In this document: in pieces, positions 1 to 8,883 of the stretch
Numbering within the stretch: position 1 is the first letter of the stretch
Layout: each line of letters starts with the position of its first letter
DNA from: an uncultured Acidimicrobium sp.
GTDB lineage: Bacteria; Actinomycetota; Acidimicrobiia; Acidimicrobiales; Ilumatobacteraceae
Length of the DNA stretch: 40,853 nt
Reading direction: 5' to 3'
Assembly: GCA_964654335.1 (NCBI GenBank)
Contig: CAZZJH010000004.1
Location: 1 to 40,853 of the forward strand
Program-made: the position numbers and the translations under genes
Notes under the pieces: model-generated
Seen by the model: the letters and a program-made list of their open reading frames with translations, nothing else
Told to the model about the DNA's origin: nothing
The model's database searches: none

Positions 1-33
1 CTACCAGAGAGTTCGAGTTGGTCGATCGATGAT

Positions 34-615
34 GTGGTCGCGACCGGCGCCGACCTCGAACCAAGCACGTTGATCGATGCCTATCGACATGGGTTATTCC
101 CCATGCACATCAGTTCCGACGACGTCCTCGCGTGGTGGTCGCCCGTGTTGCGAGGGATCATCGAACTCGGCTCCTTGCATGTCACACGCTCGATGCTTCG
201 TAGCGCCAAGCGATATCACTGCACCATCGATGAGTGTTTCGATGATGTGATTGCATCGTGTGCGGAACTTCCGCGTGCCGGCAAGTGGATCAATGACGAG
301 ATGATCGATGCCTATCGGCAGCTACACCGCCTCGGATGGGCACACTCCGTGGAGGTCTGGCACGGCGATGAATTGGTCGGCGGACTGTACGGCGTGAGGA
401 TCGATCGCTTCTTTGCCGGTGAGTCGATGTTCCACACCGAAACCGATGCCTCGAAAGTCGCGTTGATGCACCTAGTCGAAACCATGCGATCGTCGAACAT
501 GGCGCTTCTCGACGTGCAGTGGGTGACCCCTCACCTCGCCAGTCTTGGCGCGGTGGAGATCCCCCGTGATGCCTACTTGCGCAGACTGGCCACAGCCATC
601 GACCCAATAGCCTGA
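34..615 (+). CDS. aat: Leucyl/phenylalanyl-tRNA--protein transferase (possibly 5'-partial)
   Basis: The translation carries L/F-transferase hallmarks: AYRHGLFPM, WWSP..RGI and FFAGESMFH, in a product of about 190 aa. The frame stays open back to base 1, so the true start may lie upstream of the window. Confidence 0.85.
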   Translation: MVATGADLEPSTLIDAYRHGLFPMHISSDDVLAWWSPVLRGIIELGSLHVTRSMLRSAKRYHCTIDECFDDVIASCAELPRAGKWINDEMIDAYRQLHRLGWAHSVEVWHGDELVGGLYGVRIDRFFAGESMFHTETDASKVALMHLVETMRSSNMALLDVQWVTPHLASLGAVEIPRDAYLRRLATAIDPIA

Positions 616-619
616 ACTC

Positions 620-2557
620 ATGCGCGATGAACCGTGGATGATGCGCACGTACTCCGGCCACTCCACTGCGGCCGCCTCCAACGAGCTATACCGCACCAAT
701 CTCGCCAAGGGTCAAACCGGTCTTTCCATCGCCTTCGATCTCCCAACGCAGACGGGCTACGACCCGGACCATCTGCTTGCACGAGGCGAAGTGGGAAAGG
801 TAGGTGTGCCCGTGGCGCACCTCGGCCACATGCGCACTCTCCTCGACGGTATTCCTCCAGGCGAGATGAATACATCGATGACGATCAATGCCACCGCCGC
901 ATGGCTGTTGTCGCTATACGTAGCCAACGCTGCCGAACAAGGTGTCGCATCACATCAGTTGCGTGGAACTACCCAGAACGACATCGTCAAGGAATATCTC
1001 TCGCGCGGAACCTTCATCTTCCCGCCGCAGCCATCCAAGCGTCTGATCGTCGACATGATCGCCTGGTGCTCCACCAATGCACCGAAGTGGAACCCGATGA
1101 ACGTGTGCTCGTACCACCTGCAAGAAGTTGGTGCGACCCCGGTGCAGGAGGTGGCGTTCTCGCTCGCCAACGCGATCGACATCCTCGATGCAGTTCGTGA
1201 GAGCGGCCAGGTTCCCGCAGAGAAGTTTCCTGCCGTGTTCGGTTCGATGTCGTTCTTCGTGAATGCGGGAATTCGCTTCGTGGAAGAAATGTGCAAGATG
1301 CGTGCCTTCACTCAACTGTGGGAGCGCATCGGTCGCGAGCGATACGGAATCACCGATGAACGTGTACTCCGTTTCCGCTACGGCGTGCAGGTGAATTCAC
1401 TCGGCCTCACCGAGGCTCAGCCAGAGAACAACGTCCAGCGCATCGTGCTCGAGATGCTTGCAGTCACACTTTCCAAGCAAGCACGAGCACGGAGCATCCA
1501 ATTGCCTGCATGGAACGAGGCACTTGGTCTCCCTCGGCCGTGGGATCAACAGTGGTCACTACGAATGCAGCAGGTTCTCGCCTTCGAAACGGACCTCCTC
1601 GAATATGACGACCTCTTTGCCGGATCCAAAGTGATCGAAACGAAGACCAATGAGATTGCAGAAGCCGCTTGGACGGAAATGAACGACATCATCTCCCGAG
1701 GTGGCGCATTCGAGTGCGTAGAGGATCTCAAGGGTCGACTCGTGTCGTCCATGTCCGACCGCACGAGACGCATTGAGTCGGGTGAACAAGTTGTCGTGGG
1801 TGTGAACAAGTTCACCGAAGCCGCACAGTCACCTCTGAACGATGTCGACAACATCTTGAAAGTCGATCCGCGAGTGGAACAAGAGACGGTGAACGATGTC
1901 GCCACGTGGCGCAAATCGCGCGACAACGACGCCGTGAAGCGCGCTCTCGACGATTTACGAATGGCTGCAGAAGGAAAGGTCAATGTGATGACTGCATCCA
2001 TTGCTCTTGCCGTCGCAGGAGGCACCACTGGCGAGTGGGCCGGAACACTGCGCGAGGTGTTCGGTGAATACCGCGCTCCTACGGGTGTTGGCGCGGCCAT
2101 TGGTCGTCGGACGGGAGATCTGGCTGAGGCCGCCAAACGAGTGAAGGCCCTTGCGGGTGGTCCGCCCAAGCTGCTCATGGCAAAGCCAGGGCTCGATGGC
2201 CACTCCAGTGGAGCCGAGCAGATCGCCGTCGCCGCGCGAGATGCAGGTTTCGAAGTCGTCTACGCCGGCATTCGGCTGACACCCGAGCAGATTGCCGCAT
2301 CGGCTCGCGATGAGGATCCGGATGTGATCGGCCTTTCCATACTTTCTGGTTCACACATGCAGCTCATCCCTGACGTTCTTGGACAGTTGAGGCAACTCGG
2401 CGTGGATGCACCGGTGGTGGTCGGCGGGATCATTCCCGAATCAGACCGCGAAAATCTGATGAAGAGCGGCGCGGCAGCGATCTACACGCCGAAAGATTTC
2501 GACATCGCTCGAATTATCGACGAGATGACCGAACTCGTTGCGTCGCGTCGCAGCTGA
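620..2557 (+). CDS. meaA: Fused B12-dependent acyl-CoA mutase, ethylmalonyl-CoA mutase (MeaA/Ecm)-like
   Basis: The N-terminus MMRTYSGHSTAAASNELYRTNLAKGQTGLSIAFDLPTQTGYDPDH closely matches my recollection of Streptomyces MeaA. The C-terminal cobalamin-binding module has DxHxxG (LDGHSSGAEQ). At 645 aa the length fits a single-chain mutase. Substrate specificity is not provable from sequence alone. Confidence 0.75.
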   Translation: MRDEPWMMRTYSGHSTAAASNELYRTNLAKGQTGLSIAFDLPTQTGYDPDHLLARGEVGKVGVPVAHLGHMRTLLDGIPPGEMNTSMTINATAAWLLSLYVANAAEQGVASHQLRGTTQNDIVKEYLSRGTFIFPPQPSKRLIVDMIAWCSTNAPKWNPMNVCSYHLQEVGATPVQEVAFSLANAIDILDAVRESGQVPAEKFPAVFGSMSFFVNAGIRFVEEMCKMRAFTQLWERIGRERYGITDERVLRFRYGVQVNSLGLTEAQPENNVQRIVLEMLAVTLSKQARARSIQLPAWNEALGLPRPWDQQWSLRMQQVLAFETDLLEYDDLFAGSKVIETKTNEIAEAAWTEMNDIISRGGAFECVEDLKGRLVSSMSDRTRRIESGEQVVVGVNKFTEAAQSPLNDVDNILKVDPRVEQETVNDVATWRKSRDNDAVKRALDDLRMAAEGKVNVMTASIALAVAGGTTGEWAGTLREVFGEYRAPTGVGAAIGRRTGDLAEAAKRVKALAGGPPKLLMAKPGLDGHSSGAEQIAVAARDAGFEVVYAGIRLTPEQIAASARDEDPDVIGLSILSGSHMQLIPDVLGQLRQLGVDAPVVVGGIIPESDRENLMKSGAAAIYTPKDFDIARIIDEMTELVASRRS

Positions 2558-2560
2558 AAA

Positions 2561-2920
2561 CTACGGCTGCATCGTCGTCGACGACATGACCGGGACGAAT
2601 CCCGTCGGTGCCGGCAATTCCAAAACCTGACCTGCATACACCTTGTCGGGGTTGGTGATGCCGTTGATTCGCATCACTTCTTCCATGCTCACTTGGTATT
2701 GCTCGGCGATGCCGAAGAGCGAGTCACCCGACTGCACTGTGTAAAAGACCGGTTCATAAGGAATCGTCGTGGTGGTGGTCGCCACCACTTCCGTGGTGGG
2801 AACGGTCGTTTGTACCGTTTCCGAACCACCATCTTCTCGCGCAAAGAGAAAGGCAAGCACCCCACTCACCACCGTGATTCCAAGCAGCGACCACTGCAGA
2901 GGACCACGAATGTTCAGCAC
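2561..2920 (-). CDS. Membrane-anchored LysM peptidoglycan-binding protein
   Basis: There is an N-terminal TM helix, a Thr-rich linker, then a canonical LysM: YTVQSGDSLFGIAEQYQVSMEEVMRINGITNPDKVYAGQVLELP. Confidence 0.8.
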   Translation of the reverse strand: MLNIRGPLQWSLLGITVVSGVLAFLFAREDGGSETVQTTVPTTEVVATTTTTIPYEPVFYTVQSGDSLFGIAEQYQVSMEEVMRINGITNPDKVYAGQVLELPAPTGFVPVMSSTTMQP

Positions 2921-2924
2921 ATCG

Positions 2925-3398
2925 TCATGCTAGACGGCGCGTGCGTTGCACGAGTCTCATGACTCGCGCACGATTGTGTCGCGCGATGATCATGCAGGGA
3001 ACATTCGCCACCATCGCAAACACGACGTTTGCGATGAAAATCTCCGATGGGTTCCACAGTGCAAAGAAGGGCAAGACCGCGAACATCGCCCAGTGAGTAC
3101 GCTCGGCCCGCAGGCTCTCAGCCGCAAAGCGCCGCCACCCGCCCACACCGCCATCAGGGAGGCGCTTCTTGGACAACCCACCGAACCATGTGCCTGCATC
3201 AGGAAGTCGGTCTTTCCAGGCGTCTACCTTGGCCCATTTACGAAACGGTGAGCCGTCAACCTCCCATTTCGTGAGGCGGGTGAAAGGGCCGGGCTTGGTC
3301 AGTGCCTCCAGGGGCTGGCGCGCCTGGTATCGCCCCACGACCACACCCGCCACGAGCCACACCACGACATCGAGGGTTACTGCCCATTGCCACTCCAC
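2925..3398 (-). CDS. Glycosyl-4,4'-diaponeurosporenoate acyltransferase family protein (staphylococcal CrtO-type)
   Basis: ESLRAERTHW...FAMVANVPCMIIARHNRARVMRLV parallels S. aureus CrtO ETKRAELIHW...[24 protein letters not shown], and the KW..WKDRLP segment is also shared. It is a small membrane protein of 157 aa. Confidence 0.75.
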   Translation of the reverse strand: MEWQWAVTLDVVVWLVAGVVVGRYQARQPLEALTKPGPFTRLTKWEVDGSPFRKWAKVDAWKDRLPDAGTWFGGLSKKRLPDGGVGGWRRFAAESLRAERTHWAMFAVLPFFALWNPSEIFIANVVFAMVANVPCMIIARHNRARVMRLVQRTRRLA

Positions 3399-3437
3399 TC
3401 TTCAAGTGTGGCCGTTGCACTACTAGCGTTGTCGCTC

Positions 3438-3908
3438 ATGCGCAGCGTGTTGATTACCGCCGTGGCTTTCCTGATGATGGAGCCGTTCACCTATGCCGCC
3501 CACCGTTGGGTGATGCACGGGATCGGTGAGCGACTGCACCGTAGCCACCACCGCAACGCTGCCCGCTCGAAGCCAACGCTCATCGAGGCCAACGACCTCT
3601 TCCCCGTCGCTTTCGCGGGAGTCGTGATGGGACTCCTCGGACTCGGGTTCAACGTGTCAGGTTTCGCCGTGCTCGTACCGGTGTGCGTAGGGATCACGTT
3701 GTACGGCGCCACGTATTTCACCGTGCACGACATCTACATTCACCGTCGCATCGCTCTGTGGGGCAAGCGAAAGCCTGCTGTGCTCGAACATCTGGCAGAT
3801 GCACACCGCACGCACCACGCCACGAACGGTGAGCCCTACGGGATGCTCCTTCCCGTGGTTCGTCAGGCCAGAGGGTTCGTGCCGTCCCAGGTACCGATCG
3901 AGTCGTAA
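3438..3908 (+). CDS. crtZ: Beta-carotene hydroxylase CrtZ-like (fatty-acid hydroxylase superfamily)
   Basis: The His boxes and spacing match Pantoea CrtZ: AHRWVMHG, HRSHH, EANDLF, YFTVHDIYIHRR and AHRTHHA. The ORF track starts at TTG 3387. ATG 3438 gives an N-terminus of CrtZ-like length and avoids overlap with the divergent gene. Confidence 0.75.
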   Translation: MRSVLITAVAFLMMEPFTYAAHRWVMHGIGERLHRSHHRNAARSKPTLIEANDLFPVAFAGVVMGLLGLGFNVSGFAVLVPVCVGITLYGATYFTVHDIYIHRRIALWGKRKPAVLEHLADAHRTHHATNGEPYGMLLPVVRQARGFVPSQVPIES

Positions 3909-4555
3909 GGCTCGAATCGGGCGAACATTTCCTCGCCGTACCAACCTTCATCTCGAGTACGACGCATCACTTCTTGGTGTTGCGGGGAGCCATAAGCCCA
4001 CTGCTTCATGTGCTCGGTGCTCTGCCACAAACTGAACGTGCCGAGCATGCCTACCGGGGCCTCGCCAATGCCCACTACTCGGAGCAGCCCATTCGCACCC
4101 TTGAGTGATTGATCGACTGGCACACCGGCTTTACCAAATGTGCGCCAGCTCTTCGTATGCACATGAGCCCGCGTGATGATTGCGATCCGACCATCGTCGC
4201 TACCCCGATCCAGCAGCTCAGGAATCGTGCGTCCTTTCCATGAGCCCATGCCTCCCACTGATCGCAACTTCACATGCCAATGCTCTTCGGTTTCATTCAT
4301 TTGCCGTGCCACTGAATGCTCGCGCAAGAAGTTTTGGAGGGCATCTTCATTACGCCACATCAAGAACAACGCGGTACGCGAGAGATCGGCACTCGGCGAG
4401 GTGTCGTCGCCCTTCCCGGTACCGAGTACCCGCCAGAACTCGAGGCCATCCACGCCGCGCAGAGAAAATCGATTGCGGGCAAGCGCGTTCATGCCCTGCA
4501 ACGCATTCGCCCACCTACAGAGGTGAAACGATGCAATACGACCCACGATCAGCAA
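3863..4555 (-). CDS. Possible spheroidene monooxygenase (CrtA)-like protein
   Basis: The 230-aa soluble protein has an N-terminal IASFHL..W...MN, FWRVLGTGKG, LFLMWRNEDA and GSWKG. This pattern resembles my recollection of the CrtA family. The neighbouring carotenoid genes support the call. It overlaps the crtZ-like 3' end by 46 nt in convergent orientation. Confidence 0.45.
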   Translation of the reverse strand: MLIVGRIASFHLCRWANALQGMNALARNRFSLRGVDGLEFWRVLGTGKGDDTSPSADLSRTALFLMWRNEDALQNFLREHSVARQMNETEEHWHVKLRSVGGMGSWKGRTIPELLDRGSDDGRIAIITRAHVHTKSWRTFGKAGVPVDQSLKGANGLLRVVGIGEAPVGMLGTFSLWQSTEHMKQWAYGSPQHQEVMRRTRDEGWYGEEMFARFEPYDSIGTWDGTNPLA

Positions 4556-5115
4556 TGCTTACACCGATGAACTTGGGACACCCAATCGTCGTTGCATTGT
4601 TTGGCTACTTGGTTGGCTCCCTTCCCCTTGCCAATCTCGTGGCTCGCCGTGCCAGTGCACCAGACCTGCGTGAGATCGGCGACAAGAACCCGGGTTTCTG
4701 GAATGCCAAAGCCCACCTCGACAAAGGTGCTTCAACGTTCGTTTTCGTCGGTGATGTGCTGAAAGGAACGATCCCTGTCGCCATTGCGCTGGCACTCGGG
4801 TTGGAGTGGTGGCAGTCGTACCTTGTCGGCCTTGCTGCCATGGTCGGTCATGCGTGGCCGCTCTTCGCTCGCTTTCGGGGTGGGAAGAGCGTCCTCACTT
4901 GGGTGGGTGCTCAGACACTCCTTGCGCCCCTTCCCGCGCTGATTTCAATCGGTGCGCTTGGTGCGTTCTGGTTGGTCAGACGAAACTTCGTGACCGCGGT
5001 GCGGGTAGCCGTGATTGCATTTCCGTTCGTTCAGATCATCATCGAAGGCCCATGGCGCACCGCCATGTCCGGCGTGTTGATGACCTTGATCGGATTGCGA
5101 TTCGCTCAGCGATAG
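4531..5115 (+). CDS. plsY: Glycerol-3-phosphate acyltransferase PlsY
   Basis: PlsY motifs are present: FGYLVGSLPLANLV, GDVLKGTIPV and GHAWPLFARFRGGKSV. The ORF track extends to 4180, but that Arg-rich extension is antisense to the previous gene. Plausible starts are ATG 4531, 4555 or 4567. Confidence 0.8.
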   Translation: MQYDPRSAMLTPMNLGHPIVVALFGYLVGSLPLANLVARRASAPDLREIGDKNPGFWNAKAHLDKGASTFVFVGDVLKGTIPVAIALALGLEWWQSYLVGLAAMVGHAWPLFARFRGGKSVLTWVGAQTLLAPLPALISIGALGAFWLVRRNFVTAVRVAVIAFPFVQIIIEGPWRTAMSGVLMTLIGLRFAQR

Positions 5116-6176
5116 GTACGGCCGCGCCAAGATTCGGGCGCGTCCCGACGAGCGACTCCCACAACGAGTGCCCACCACGCCACGACATCGGCGAACGGTG
5201 ACAACCAATAGGCCAGATCGATCTTGGTGTACGCACTCCGCGTGCCGAACAACGTGCCGATTCGAAGCAGTACGAGCACCGCCGTCACCGCACTGGGATA
5301 CCAGAACAAAGCGACCAAAGTGGGCAAAACTTGGGCAAAGAACACCACGAAAAGATGCCACCACAACGTGCGCTTAGATTCGACCGAGGCGAGAGCGAGT
5401 GATCTTCCCCATCCAGCAAACGTCGAGCCGAAGTTCTCGTACATCCGCGTAGTGAGCATGGTCGAAGCATCGACCATGTGCGAGTTCTCGACACTGCGAG
5501 CAAGTGCGACATCTTCGATCGTCTCGGACTTCACCGCTTCGAGAGCAGAGCGAGCTTCGGTAGTGCGCATCGCCATGCATTGCCCGTTGGCGATGCGCTT
5601 GTTTCGTTTCGGAGATCCGCGCCAATCAGCAGGTCCGTAGCGATACACGAGCGTGGTCAACATGGCCGGATGCAAGAACCGAGCGCCCCACGTTGGACAT
5701 TCGAACTTTCCCGCCGCACTCAACAAATTGCACCGCTCCGCAACAGCCCTACTCACCATCGCAGAAGGCAGCATCGCGCTCACACGCGTATCGGCATCAA
5801 GCATCACCACCCAGTCACCAGTGGCAGCGGCAACTCCTTGGTGCAATGCCCACACCTTGCCAACCCAGCCTTCAGGCAGAGGTGCACCATTCACCACGGT
5901 TGCTCCCGCATTTCGCGCGATAGTGGCGGTTTCGTCTTCCGAGCAGTCATCCACCACGATTACTTCGGTGACGCCACGGGCGCCGACGAGCGCGCTCAAA
6001 CACTCAGGTAGCCGAGATGCCTCATTACGTGCCGGAATGACCACCGAAATCGACGGCACATCACCACTCGATTCGACGAGCGGTAATCGACGCCGAGCTG
6101 CGCGCAGGATCATGCGCAGAGCGGCAACACCCGCGATCGTTTGAGCAACCACGCTCAGCCAGTCGCCACCCATCAC
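5106..6176 (-). CDS. GT2 glycosyltransferase, CrtQ (4,4'-diaponeurosporenoate glycosyltransferase)-like, with C-terminal TM region
   Basis: The GT-A core reads ISVVIPARNEASRL...VIVVDDCSEDETATIARNAGATVV...MLDADT. The C-terminal end ESWRGRTYR parallels S. aureus CrtQ VEWKGRQY. The GT2 family is confident. A carotenoid substrate is inferred from that similarity plus neighbourhood. Confidence 0.7.
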   Translation of the reverse strand: MMGGDWLSVVAQTIAGVAALRMILRAARRRLPLVESSGDVPSISVVIPARNEASRLPECLSALVGARGVTEVIVVDDCSEDETATIARNAGATVVNGAPLPEGWVGKVWALHQGVAAATGDWVVMLDADTRVSAMLPSAMVSRAVAERCNLLSAAGKFECPTWGARFLHPAMLTTLVYRYGPADWRGSPKRNKRIANGQCMAMRTTEARSALEAVKSETIEDVALARSVENSHMVDASTMLTTRMYENFGSTFAGWGRSLALASVESKRTLWWHLFVVFFAQVLPTLVALFWYPSAVTAVLVLLRIGTLFGTRSAYTKIDLAYWLSPFADVVAWWALVVGVARRDAPESWRGRTYR

Positions 6177-6198
6177 GCAGGCAACCTAGCCTGATGCG

Positions 6199-7185
6199 AT
6201 GCGCGTACTGGCAGCAGTCGACAAGTTTCGCGGAACTGCATCTGCGCGCGAAGTAGCCACTGCCATCGGGCACGCCTGTTGGAACCTCGGACACGACTGC
6301 ACGGAAGTTCCCATCGCCGATGGTGGCGAAGGAACGCTCGAGGTGCTCGGCGGGCCGAACCGAATCACGCGTGTCACCAATCCACTCGGCAAGCCAGTGG
6401 ATGCCGAGTGGCGGCTACATCGTGATGTTGCCGTGATCGAGATGGCTCGCGCGTCTGGACTCACCCTCGTGGGTGGTCGCGACAAGAACGATGTCATCAA
6501 CGCCAGCACCATCGGCACCGGCGAACTGATCGATACCGCGCTCAACGATGGCGCGAAAAAAATCATCGTCGGAGTGGGTGGCAGTGCCACCGTTGACGGC
6601 GGGCTCGGTGCGATCAAAGCCATTCGTGCAGCCGATCGTCTACGAGGTGTTGAATTCATCGTTGCCTGCGATGTTCGCGCACTCTTCACCGATGCTGCGA
6701 AGTTGTTCGGCGCTCAGAAAGGCGCTTCGCCTGCGCAAATCGAGTTTCTTACCGCGCGTCTCGAAGGCCTCGTAGTCAAGTACCGCGACCAATACGGAGT
6801 TGATGTCTCCCGTCTTCCAGGCTCGGGAGCAGCCGGGGGTCTCGCTGGGGGTCTCGCAGCATTGGGTGCCAAACTCGTCCCCGGCTTCGATGTCGTCGCT
6901 GATGAAGTGGGGCTGCACGAACTCGTGGCGTCACACGATCTGATCATCACCGGTGAGGGCTACATGGACGACGAGAGCTTCGATGGCAAAGTGGTGGGCG
7001 AAGTGTGTGAACTCGCCAAGAAAGCCAACAAGCCTGTCGTCGTCATTTGTGGTGGCGCGAAAGCAAGCGTGCGCAACCGAGTGAAGGTTCAGGTCTTGGT
7101 GGAAGAGTTCGGCGAGAGTGAAGCTTTCAACCAGACACTCACCTGTATCGAGCGCGCCGCAGAGCGCGCTCTCGCAGAGTTTTAG
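6199..7185 (+). CDS. glxK: Glycerate kinase
   Basis: Motifs of the glycerate kinase family are present: MRVLAAVDKFRGTASA, IADGGEGTLEVLGG, GVGGSATVDGGLG and ITGEGYMD. It is compact at 328 aa. Confidence 0.85.
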   Translation: MRVLAAVDKFRGTASAREVATAIGHACWNLGHDCTEVPIADGGEGTLEVLGGPNRITRVTNPLGKPVDAEWRLHRDVAVIEMARASGLTLVGGRDKNDVINASTIGTGELIDTALNDGAKKIIVGVGGSATVDGGLGAIKAIRAADRLRGVEFIVACDVRALFTDAAKLFGAQKGASPAQIEFLTARLEGLVVKYRDQYGVDVSRLPGSGAAGGLAGGLAALGAKLVPGFDVVADEVGLHELVASHDLIITGEGYMDDESFDGKVVGEVCELAKKANKPVVVICGGAKASVRNRVKVQVLVEEFGESEAFNQTLTCIERAAERALAEF

Positions 7186-7796
7186 CCCTCGGCGACGGTG
7201 GTTTCAGTCGCTGCCGTGACCGGCGGCGCTGTGGGAACAGGAGTGCCAAGTGGCTTACCCGCGATGTCGGTGCCGAGCATGACCAGCACACTCGCCTCAC
7301 CCAGGTTCCCTGACTCGGTCGGAATTGGCGAGGGCATTGGCGCCGTGGTCACTCCACCCAGTTCTCCTGCCACAAGTGCAGCCTGCGCTTCACTACCAGG
7401 CAGGAAGTACACGACCGTGGTGTTCTGCTTCGGTGTGGCGTCGCTGGAATTCAACGCCGGCTGAACGATGTAACCGCGACCCTGCAGCTCGGTGGTGAGC
7501 TGGCCGGCACTACCGGAGATCTTCGAGGCGTTGGCCACCTGAATCTTGAATGAGGTAAGCGGAATGGTGGGTACTGCAACGGTGGTTTCCGTGGCAATCG
7601 TCTCCTCCGTTACCTGTTCGGTGGCGGTGGTCTCCTCAGTGGCGGCGGGGGACGACGAACCGTCCTGGCTGATGTCACGAAGGATGAAGAATCCGAGCAC
7701 CACGGCCACGACAGCGATCACGATCGACAGCGTGGAGTTGGATGCCGAACTGCGCGGCAATGGGGTTCGAGTGGGGCGACGGCGCTCTTGGCTCAT
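7182..7796 (-). CDS. LytR C-terminal (LytR_C) domain membrane protein
   Basis: It has a basic N-terminus, a TM helix and a Thr/Glu-rich linker. The LytR_C-type module follows: IQVANASKISGSAGQLTTELQGRGY...TTVVYFLPG. Confidence 0.7.
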   Translation of the reverse strand: MSQERRRPTRTPLPRSSASNSTLSIVIAVVAVVLGFFILRDISQDGSSSPAATEETTATEQVTEETIATETTVAVPTIPLTSFKIQVANASKISGSAGQLTTELQGRGYIVQPALNSSDATPKQNTTVVYFLPGSEAQAALVAGELGGVTTAPMPSPIPTESGNLGEASVLVMLGTDIAGKPLGTPVPTAPPVTAATETTVAEG

Positions 7797-7838
7797 GGCT
7801 CTACCGTACCCTGCCCGTACTACACGAAAATGGCACTG

Positions 7839-7910
7839 AGCCGGGTGTGGGAATTGAACCCACGACCTACCGCTTACAAGGCGGTTGCTCTGCCCCTGAG
7901 CTAACCCGGC
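7839..7910 (-). tRNA. tRNA-Thr (anticodon UGU)
   Basis: The reverse complement GCCGGGTTAGCTCAGGGGCAGAGCAACCGCCTTGTAAGCGGTAGGTCGTGGGTTCAATTCCCACACCCGGCT folds as a cloverleaf. The acceptor is 7 bp, the D arm GCTC/GAGC, the anticodon stem ACCGC/GCGGT with loop CTTGTAA, and the T arm GTGGG/CCCAC. CCA is not encoded. Confidence 0.9.
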
Positions 7911-7941
7911 GAACGTACTTCGTCAATGATACGAGCAACGA

Positions 7942-8883
7942 TCACGTTGTCGAACGCCGTGCACGCACCACTTCATAGGTGGCGAGCGCAGCAGCAGCAG
8001 ACACGTTGAGCGAGGAAAGCGCACCACGCATCGGAATGCTGAGTAGTACATCACAGCGTTCGCGAACGAGTCGCGAGAGTCCAGGACCTTCGGCGCCGAG
8101 AACCAAGCAGATCGGTTCAGTGGCGAGTGATCCCAACTCCCACACGCTCTTGTCTGCCGCATCATGCAGGCCAACAATCCACACTCCCGCTTCTTTCAAC
8201 TGACGCAATGCCGTGGGCAATCCACTCACGAGTGCCATGGGCACATACTCGGCTGCACCAGCGGCAGACTTCGCTGCAGTTGGCGTGATGTGCACGGCGC
8301 GATGTTTCGGCAGAAGAACTCCTGTCACGCCAGCGCCATCGCAAGAACGCAAGATGGCTCCAAGGTTGCCCGGGTCGGTCACGCCGTCGATGGCGACGAT
8401 GAACGGCTTCTCGCCCATGCCGCGCAGGAACTCCCCCAGGTCTGCCTCCGGCAGTTCCGCACCCTTGGCGATCACGCCTTGCGGTGCTTCACTGCGCGCC
8501 ATCCGTTCGATGTCCTTACGTGCCACGCGATGAAGCGGCACTCGTTGATCTGCCGCCAATGCAATGATGTCGTCGACGATCGCAACGTTTTCGATGTCGT
8601 CGGCGACGTACACCTCGAACACTCTGCGCTTCTGAGCAATCAACATTTCACGAACTGCTTGACGTCCTTCTACTTGCGTGCCGTCGAGTTCGCGATCCTT
8701 GCCCTTCGACGAGTGCTTCACGTTCGTGCGCCGAGGCTTTGTTCGATCGTTGGAACCATACGAAGCACCACGTGAAGAATCTCCGCGTGTGGAGCCTCCG
8801 CGGCCACCCGCGCGAGTTGGCTTGCCGTAACTTCCGCTTCGTTCGCTACCGCGTTCGCGGCGCGCGTTCTTTCGTGGCTTCAT
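7942..8883 (-). CDS. rlmB: 23S rRNA (guanosine-2'-O)-methyltransferase RlmB (TrmH/SpoU family) with Arg/Gly/Ser-rich N-terminal extension
   Basis: SpoU motifs are present (DGVTDPGNLGAILRS, LVLGAEGPGLS, IPMRGALSSLNVS) together with a substrate-binding domain. About 70 aa of basic low-complexity sequence precedes them. Confidence 0.85.
   Translation of the reverse strand: MKPRKNARRERGSERSGSYGKPTRAGGRGGSTRGDSSRGASYGSNDRTKPRRTNVKHSSKGKDRELDGTQVEGRQAVREMLIAQKRRVFEVYVADDIENVAIVDDIIALAADQRVPLHRVARKDIERMARSEAPQGVIAKGAELPEADLGEFLRGMGEKPFIVAIDGVTDPGNLGAILRSCDGAGVTGVLLPKHRAVHITPTAAKSAAGAAEYVPMALVSGLPTALRQLKEAGVWIVGLHDAADKSVWELGSLATEPICLVLGAEGPGLSRLVRERCDVLLSIPMRGALSSLNVSAAAALATYEVVRARRSTT

Noticed and set aside
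620-2557. Treating the lone meaA-like mutase as evidence for an ethylmalonyl-CoA pathway cluster
   Set aside because: No ccr, mcd, mch or mcl genes flank it in this window. Substrate specificity among fused acyl-CoA mutases cannot be read from motifs by eye.
4180-4530. 117-codon N-terminal extension of plsY, and likewise 36471-36725 for the VanZ-like gene and 25244-25324 for the Cas4-like gene
   Set aside because: These extensions overlap neighbouring well-supported genes and lack similarity to the family. Better internal starts exist, including a GTGA-coupled start at 36470 and the ATG at 25243.
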